From NCBI RefSeq assembly GCF_009914755.1, contig NC_060947.1: a stretch of DNA of 64,000 nt; one strand, written 5' to 3'. The position numbers and the translations under genes are program-made. Below the pieces are notes generated by a model, which saw only the letters and a program-made list of their open reading frames with translations, had not been told where the DNA came from and did no database searches. This DNA is from the human T2T-CHM13v2.0 reference genome, Homo sapiens. Positions 56,721 through 64,000 of this stretch are shown here, piece after piece; the first letter of the stretch is position 1, and every line of letters starts with the position of its first letter.

Positions 56721-58839
56721 GGCCCTGGGATACGGCTCACTGATCCTCCTTCTTGATCTAATTTACCTTTTCAACTACAGCCAAAGATCTAAGATTCCCT
56801 GTAAACCAACCCCAGCTGCAGACTCCCAGGCCCTGGGATCCAACCCACTGCTCTAGCCTTATCTCACACTACTGTCACCTGCCTTCTCTTCACCCTGCTA
56901 GTTTACCCTGATCCAGCCACATGGGTATTCCTTTGGTTTCCCAAGAAGACCAAATACTTGGCTGCCTCAAAATCCTTACACAGGCTCTTCCGGCTGCTGG
57001 AACCGTGCCTGCCTAGCTGTGCTTGGATAGCTTCCCTTCCTCATGGGAATTGGGTGGAATTGGCTGTTTTGGGCTGGTGGAAGAGAGCCCTTGAGATGGA
57101 GCAATCCATTGCACTTGCTACCACGTGGTGACCAATTTACTAGAACATCCTCTGCTGGTTCCTCCTTCCCTGCCTCAAGCAGCACTCAGTGCATTCAGCA
57201 GGCACTTCTCTTCTGTGGCCATTAATTTAGAGCAGCTCCTTCAGCAATTATAGAGGATTCCTGTGAGGTTAGGAGGGTGAGGTGGAAGGCTAGACCTCCC
57301 TGAAAGCCCTCACCTGGAGGTAGTAAAGGGGAAGCCTGATGGATAAATCAATTCTTCAGACTGTTCTCAGAGAATTAAAAATTATGTTAGTTACCAACAT
57401 TTACAGATCCAGAAAATTACCACGAACACCAGGATTCCATTTATCTCCTTCACTGGAAGATCTAGAGGCGCATGCTTACTTCTTCATGCGGCAATAATCA
57501 GCAATTGCTGATCCTGGCTCCCCTTTCAGTGGAGCTCCCACAGCCCCCACCTAGCCTGCTTTGCACAAGTGCTTTACTGCTTACCCTTAGTTTGTCATGC
57601 TGCATTGAAACCCCAATGTCAATCCAGAGCCTGCAGTGCTAGAGGACTTTGTCTCTGCAGGACTGCCAGCCCATGCCACTGAGCCTTTGCTACCCACATT
57701 TAGGGAAAGTATAAACAGCCCACAGTCAGGGCCTATGTCTTCTACTTCTTGGGGTGTTCTTTGTTTCCCTTCTGACTGGGGTTAGTCTCCTGGGTCCTAT
57801 TGCAAAGACACTCTGTGCCTTCATTTCTACTTAAAGTCATTAGGAGACTGATTTGAGACTGGCTGGAAAACAAGTTTATTCTGCCATCTCAGCCCAAGTG
57901 ACCTGCACAGGACAGCTTGATCAATCCTTCCAAAGCTGTCTGGGTCTCGTAAACACATTTTGTTATATTGCAAAGCAAAGCATAAACATTTCTAGCAAAC
58001 ATTAGCGCCCACCAGCTATGTAACCCTACATGGCATTCGATGGGTCAAATTTCTTTAACTTCTCTGGGTTCTAGAGTCTTGACCTCCTGATCATTTCTAA
58101 TGCGCATTCTGTTGGTGGCAGTTCCCCTGCTCCCCAGGCAGGTAGAAGATGAAGCTATGTGTGTCAGTTCACCTGGAGTCCACCTCCCTCTCCGGGAGAT
58201 TACTGTGGCTGAGAGCCCCCAATGGCACAGCTTGAGCAAATGCAGGGCTCTTCCCACTGTATTCTCAATTCCAGGCCGGACTTCCACAGGATCTTTTCCA
58301 TCTCTATAACTGAATTCATGTTGATCACCTTGATTCTGCTCTGAGCTTACCAGAGTTCAAGGCTCCTCCACCATTTTTCAAAAAATCATCCATGCAGGCT
58401 GGTTGGGTTGGAGATTTTATACAGCTTTGGGGCTCACATAGAGGAGGGTTTTACATGCATCCTGCACAACTCTCCATTGCCTCAGAAGCTCTTAGCTGAT
58501 TTCTCCACCCCCGACCCCTGTCTCTCTCCACCAAATGTTAGGCAAACTTCCAAATTCTCTAACAAAAAGCAGGCCTTCTGGGTCTTCCCATCACTTGCGA
58601 CTTCCCTAGGAATTCTCATGAGCAAAATTCTCTGTCTCACACTGAAAGACAACATCATGGGAGGTGACATCACCTTTCAGCTCAGGTGGTTTTTGTTTGT
58701 TTGTTTTGTAAAAGAGATAATATATTGATTGTAGAAAGTTCTGGAAATCCCAAGAAAATAATTAAAATAAGATTTAAAACATCAACTGCTATCCTTCCAC
58801 CCAGGGATAATCTCACATTTGATGTTTTGGTATACTTCC

Positions 58840-59040
58840 TTTCTTTCTCTTTTTTTTTTTTTTTTTTTAGTTTCTTTCTTTCTTTTTTTTTTTTTTTTTA
58901 ATTTTACTTTAAGTTCTGGGATACATGTGCAGAACATGCAGGTTTGTTACATAAGTATACATGTGCCATGGTGGTTTGCTGCACCTATCAACCCGTCATC
59001 TAGGTTTTAAGCCCCGCATGCATTAGGTATTTGTCCTAAT
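58840..59040 (-). mobile_element. L1PA 3' tip
   Basis: Poly-T followed by GGGATACATGTGCAGAACATGCAGG. Confidence 0.9.
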
Positions 59041-60990
59041 TCAGCTCAAGTATTAAGTCTTTCTGAAAAATCGCTAACTTGTACCAAACTGCAGATTTCA
59101 TTCGTTCTAAGGTATATATCCCCCTTGCTGTACATTTGACATCTGTGAAATTGGATGTGCATTATGATTGATAGTAGGTCAGAAATTAATTTTTGGTATG
59201 CTTTTCTTAGTGGTATATGAATTTTTTGTGGATCTTACAGTTAATGTCATCTTAGATTTTCTGAACTACAGTAACATTAACATCTTGCTCAGAAAATGTT
59301 TTCTTGAGATAGAAACAAAAGAGCCCCTGTCTGAAAGTTGTGTAGAGATGAACTGTGGGAAGGGATCAGGGTCTAGGGAGAGGCAATAGTATCTGCAAGG
59401 TACTTGGGGTGGGAAGAGAATGGCCTGTCCAAGAAGTTAAAAGCAGTTTTGGGGGAAGGAGAACAGACAGCAAAGGTCATGTCCTCTGTGAGGCCTTCTC
59501 TGCCTTGCCCAGCATTTGAGGATAACTTCCTCCTTTACAGTCACTCTGCACTGAAGCTTTTCGCCTCCCATTTAATGCTTGACTTCTTACAATTGTACTC
59601 TTAGCACAGTACCATACATAGAGAATATCCTCAGAAGTCTGCAGCTGTGGTTGGTTTACAGGGAATCTTAGATCTTTGACTGTAGTTGAAAAGGTAAGTT
59701 AGATCAAGAAGGAGGATCAGTGAGAGATGGTTCTGTGCCCTGGTCCTTATTCTCAGGCTTCTTATGGGGAAGGGCAAAGAATGAAAACCTTCTGGGAAAT
59801 AAAAATTAGATGTTGGAGGTTTAAAACCAGAAATTCCTGAAGGTGCTGAGGTCTGCATGTGTTTGAAGAAATATAGACAATTATGAAAGTCTATGCTGGG
59901 TATCTATGGATTATTAGCTCAGTGGGCTGGGTAGTGGTAAAAGGTCAAGGTCTTGGATGTCATTCCCATAAGGACTATGAACTTTGTTCTGGTCTCCACA
60001 TTCTGTATTTCCATGAAAGCTGGCCAGACTTAGTTATTTAACTCAGGCTAGCTATCTCATCCCACTTGCTGAGATCCTGGACACAATGGAGAGTGGATGA
60101 GCGATTGGTGAATTAGGTGGATCCATCTCCCCTAGGAGGTTAACAAAATATGTCTTAAATCATGTAGCTACTAGGGCAGAAGGGATTTTTTTTTTCACCA
60201 GTTCCCGGGAAGGAAACCAAAGCAGACCAGATATTAGACCCTGAAAATGGCAGATTTTCTTTTTCACAGAATGGCTCTTTTTGATGGTCTTTTGATGCAT
60301 GCCATTTGTGGGGAGGGGTGAAGGCTGTGAGTATAGGGCAACATCTGGACATGGTAGAAGCTTTTCTGTCTGCCCTAAGTGTAAAAGTCTGCTGTATGTT
60401 ACTCTAGCAGACAGGGAAAGGCTTCTAAACACTGGGCTTTCCAATTCATTCCAGTGAAATTTGGATTTTTGAGTGGATCACATGCTTTGAGACTCTAGGT
60501 GGTAGGAGTGCAGGTGGGGAAGAGGAAGAGACAGGAAATTCCATTTCTTTCACAGCATGCTAACTTGAGGATGCTTCTCAGGGCCAGCTTATCAGCAACC
60601 ACTTTAAATTGACCATGATTTTATCCTTGCCTCTCTTTGTAAAGGTTTCTTTTTCAGAATTTTCAGCCAACAGCTTCCAAACTGTCATTTACAATTTACG
60701 GAAGGACAGAAAGTAGAATAGTTGTGAGCAAGCAGTATAATTATGTGCCAGGAAATGACATGGCAAATAGTCTAGCTTAGCAAGTGCTAGAGAGCTTCTT
60801 CCCTATCTTTTAGCTTCAGGCAGGAGCAGAACTATAATATCTGCTGATCTTTTTGCGACTTATGTTACACTTGAAGTGCAGATTACTAAGGAGTATTTGG
60901 TCTGGAAATCAGAACTGGGGCAGAAATTTATTTTTAAAAAAGCAAAGCAAGGGGTAATAGGAAGTTGAAAAGTAGGATGTTTACGTTACA

Positions 60991-62647
60991 CAGTCATATG
61001 CTGCATAACAACATTTCAGTCAACAACAGACCACATGTATTATGGTGGTCCCTTAAGATTATAATGGAGCTAAAATTTCCTGATGCCTAGTGACGTCTTG
61101 ATGATCCTGACTCTGTGTAGGCCTAGCCTAATGTGTGTTTTTGTGTCTCAGTTTTTAACAAAAGACATTCAAAATTTTTTTTAGAAAAACATAAAAACAG
61201 AAAAAAGTTATAGAATAAGAACATAAAGAAAACATTTTCGTACAGCTGTACAAGGTGTTTGTGTTTTAAGTGTGATTATAAAAGAGTCAAAATTAGTTTA
61301 ATTAAAGAGTTTATAAAGTAAAAATTTTAAGTAAGTTAAGGTTAATTTATTATTTAATAAAGAAAAATTTTAATGCTCAACATTATCAGTCATTAGGGAA
61401 ATGCAAATTAAAACCGCAGTGAGATACGATCTTACCCCAGACAGAATGGCCATTATTAAAAAGTCAAAAAACAATAGATGTTGGCATGGATGGGGTGAAA
61501 AGGGAATGCTTATACAGTGCTGGTGGGAATGTGAATTAGTAAAACCTCTATGGAAAACAGTATAAACAGTATGAGGATTTCTCAAACTAAAAGTAGGTCT
61601 ACCATTCGATCCAGCAATCCCAGTACTGGGTATCTACCCAAAGGAAAAGAAATCATTCTATCAAAAAGACACCTGCATGCATATGTTTATCACAGCACAA
61701 TCCACAATTGCAAAGATATGGAGCCAACCTCAGTGCCCATCAACTGATGAGTGGATAAAGAAAATATGGTATATATACACCACGGAATACTACTCAGCTA
61801 TAAATAAGAAAAAAATGATGGTTTTTTTTTGCAGCAACTTGGATGGAGCTGGAGGCCATTATTGTAAGCGAAGTAACACAGGAATGGAAAACAAAATACC
61901 TTATGTGCTCACTTATAAGTGGGAGCTAAGCTGTGGGTACACAAAGGCATACAGGGTGGAGTAATGGACACTGGAGACTCAGAAAGGGGGAGGGTCTTTC
62001 TGAGACTCTCAGAAAGGCCTGAGGAGGGAGTGAAGGATAAAAAACTACATATGGGGTACAATGTACACTACATACACTACTTGTATGATGGATGCAGTAA
62101 AATTTTCAACTTCATCACTATGCAATTCATCCATGTAACCAAAAACCACTTGTACTCCAAACTCTATTGGAATTTTTAAAAAGAAAGAAATAAAAAAATA
62201 CATTTAGTGTAACCTAAGTGTACAGTGTTCCAAAGTCTACAGTAATTTACAGTAGCATCCTAGGCCTTCACATTTACCACTCACTCACTGACTCACCTAG
62301 AGCAACTTCCGGTCCTGAAAGCTCCATTCTTGGTAAGTGCCCTATACAGGTGAACCATTTTGTATCTTTTATACGGTATTTTTATTGTGCCTTTTCTATG
62401 TTTAGATATGTTTAGATACACAAATACTTCACATTGTGTTATAGTTTCCTACAGTAATCAGTACAGTACCATGCTTTCCAGGTTTGTAGCCTAGGAGCCA
62501 TAGGCTGTGTACCATATAGCCTAGGTATGTAGTAGGCTGTCCCATTTAAGTTTATGTGAGTGCGCTCTATGATGTTCACACAATGACAAAATCACCTAAT
62601 GATGCATCTCTTGGAACATATCCCTGTCCTTTATTGATGAGTGACTG
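60991..62647 (+). mobile_element. Tigger3b (Golem) DNA transposon, split by L1
   Basis: Termini CAGTCATATGCTGCATAAC... and ...GTGACTG followed by TA; internal AAGATTATAATGGAGCT. Confidence 0.88.
61370..62200 (+). mobile_element. L1PB 3' end inserted in Tigger3b
   Basis: MFITAQSTIAKIWSQPQCPSTDEWIKKIWYIYT; L1PB-type 3'UTR and A tail. Confidence 0.88.
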
Positions 62648-62654
62648 TAATTGT

Positions 62655-62735
62655 GTTTATGTTGTGTTGTGCTATGCTGTGCTGTGGTATTCTATGCTTT
62701 GCTATGCTGTATTATGTAGCGTTATGTTTTATCTT
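62655..62735. repeat. Degenerate (TGCTR)n/(TGTTR)n pentamer repeat
   Basis: Read directly from the sequence. Confidence 0.8.
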
Positions 62736-62761
62736 ATGTCATGAAATGCTATTGTGTAATC

Positions 62762-62948
62762 CAGTGGATCCTTAAAGTGAGGCCCCTGGTACAGCAGCAG
62801 CTGCATCACCTGGGCACTTGTTAGAAATGCAATTTTTTTGTGAGCCATCCAAGACCTACTGAATCAGAAACTCTGGGGCTGGAGCCCAGCAATCTAATGG
62901 ATAAGTCCTCTGGGTGATTCTGAGCCATGCTCTAATTTGAACCACTAG
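62762..62948 (+). mobile_element. MER5A
   Basis: GCATCACCTGGGCACTTGTTAGAAATGCA...CCTACTGAATCAGAAACTCTGGGG. Confidence 0.88.
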
Positions 62949-62989
62949 TGTGTCATAGACGGCAAGTAAATCCTGCTTTGTTTTACTTA

Positions 62990-63500
62990 TTTATCAGTTA
63001 CAAATACAATTAGCTGCCAAAACAAGAAACAACAAGCCCCCAAAAAACCCAGCAAATAGTGGCTGTGTAAGTAAGAAAGAATTTTCTTATTCTCATAAAA
63101 TAAGAATTAGCAAGGAAGCCAGTCCAGGCTGTTGTCCAGGGCTCAGGCATGATGTCTAGGGATTCACGATCCTTCTAGCTTCCTATCCTGCCATTCTTAG
63201 GAAGTGGCTTTTGCCCCAGAGTTGCAAGATGACTGCTGTAGTTCCAGGCATTACTTCTATGTTCCAGGCAAGGAAAAGAGGGAAGGACAAAGGGCTTCTC
63301 CTATTTTTCTTCAGGTAAAGTAACTCTGCTCAGGAATTTCTGCCTTTATCTCATGGTCAGAGCTATGCCAATATGGCTAATTCTAATAACACTGCAGGTT
63401 AAATCTACTTTAGCTTTCTGTCTTTATGATAGAGAAGGTCAAGGGAAAACGAATGGTGGTAAGAATAGTTTGGGGCAGGCCAATTCATACTATTGCCGTC
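62990..63500 (-). mobile_element. Old MLT1 LTR
   Basis: GCAAGATGACTGCTGTAGTTCCAGGCATTAC. Confidence 0.65.
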
Positions 63501-64000
63501 AGCTTGCACCTTGCAGCTAATTCTGTTGCTTTCTTGTTTTTGGTTGAAATTCTTGGAGTAGGCTGTTATGACAAAAGTGAACATTTTAATGTTTAATAGG
63601 GAAATAGGATCAACAAATTATCTTTCCATTTACATTTTAATTCTGACAGCTAATTCACCAAGGAAAACTCAGGTTTTATGTACAACTAGCTATTTTACAT
63701 TACGTTAAGGGTTTGGCCGGATTTGCCTTCTAGAGATGTAATGGAAGATTTGTGAAATAATGTAAAACAAAGCAAAATAAGAAATAATGTAAAATACTGC
63801 ACAACTACACATATTTGGGCTAATTATATTGGCGAGTCTGAAAATTTGACTATTTCAAGATATGCATCTATTACTTCTTTAAAATATAAATAATAATTAG
63901 AATTAGGCTCCAGGGCTGTCTGTCACATATAATTTTCTTTTATTGTAATGCATAGATAATAATGATAGTTGGCTTATTTATAGTGAGAATTGTTTCTAAA

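Overview
Primate (human-like) non-coding, repeat-rich genomic DNA. I found no intact protein-coding gene: the ORF track is explained by Alu, L1, Tigger and simple-repeat translations plus one processed pseudogene. Main contents: (1) a decayed processed pseudogene of SET (TAF-I alpha isoform) at ~410-2285, split by an LTR8-family solo LTR and missing most of its CDS; (2) a local inverted duplication of an Alu plus ~105 bp of unique flank (3744-4151 copied to 5221-5630), with short templated repeats at both junctions; (3) a two-LTR, ~8.15 kb MER34-like ERV1 provirus (47769-55920, minus strand) inserted in an L2 with a 4-bp TSD; (4) many nested Alu, L1, L2, MIR, MaLR, Tigger and hAT elements and a MADE1 hairpin; (5) a few repeat-free islands with enhancer-like motif clusters. 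I see no evidence of a new gene system; the templated inverted duplication is the most unusual structure. Repeat subfamily names are from recalled consensus motifs and need RepeatMasker/Dfam confirmation. Boundaries are approximate unless a TSD or TIR is quoted.
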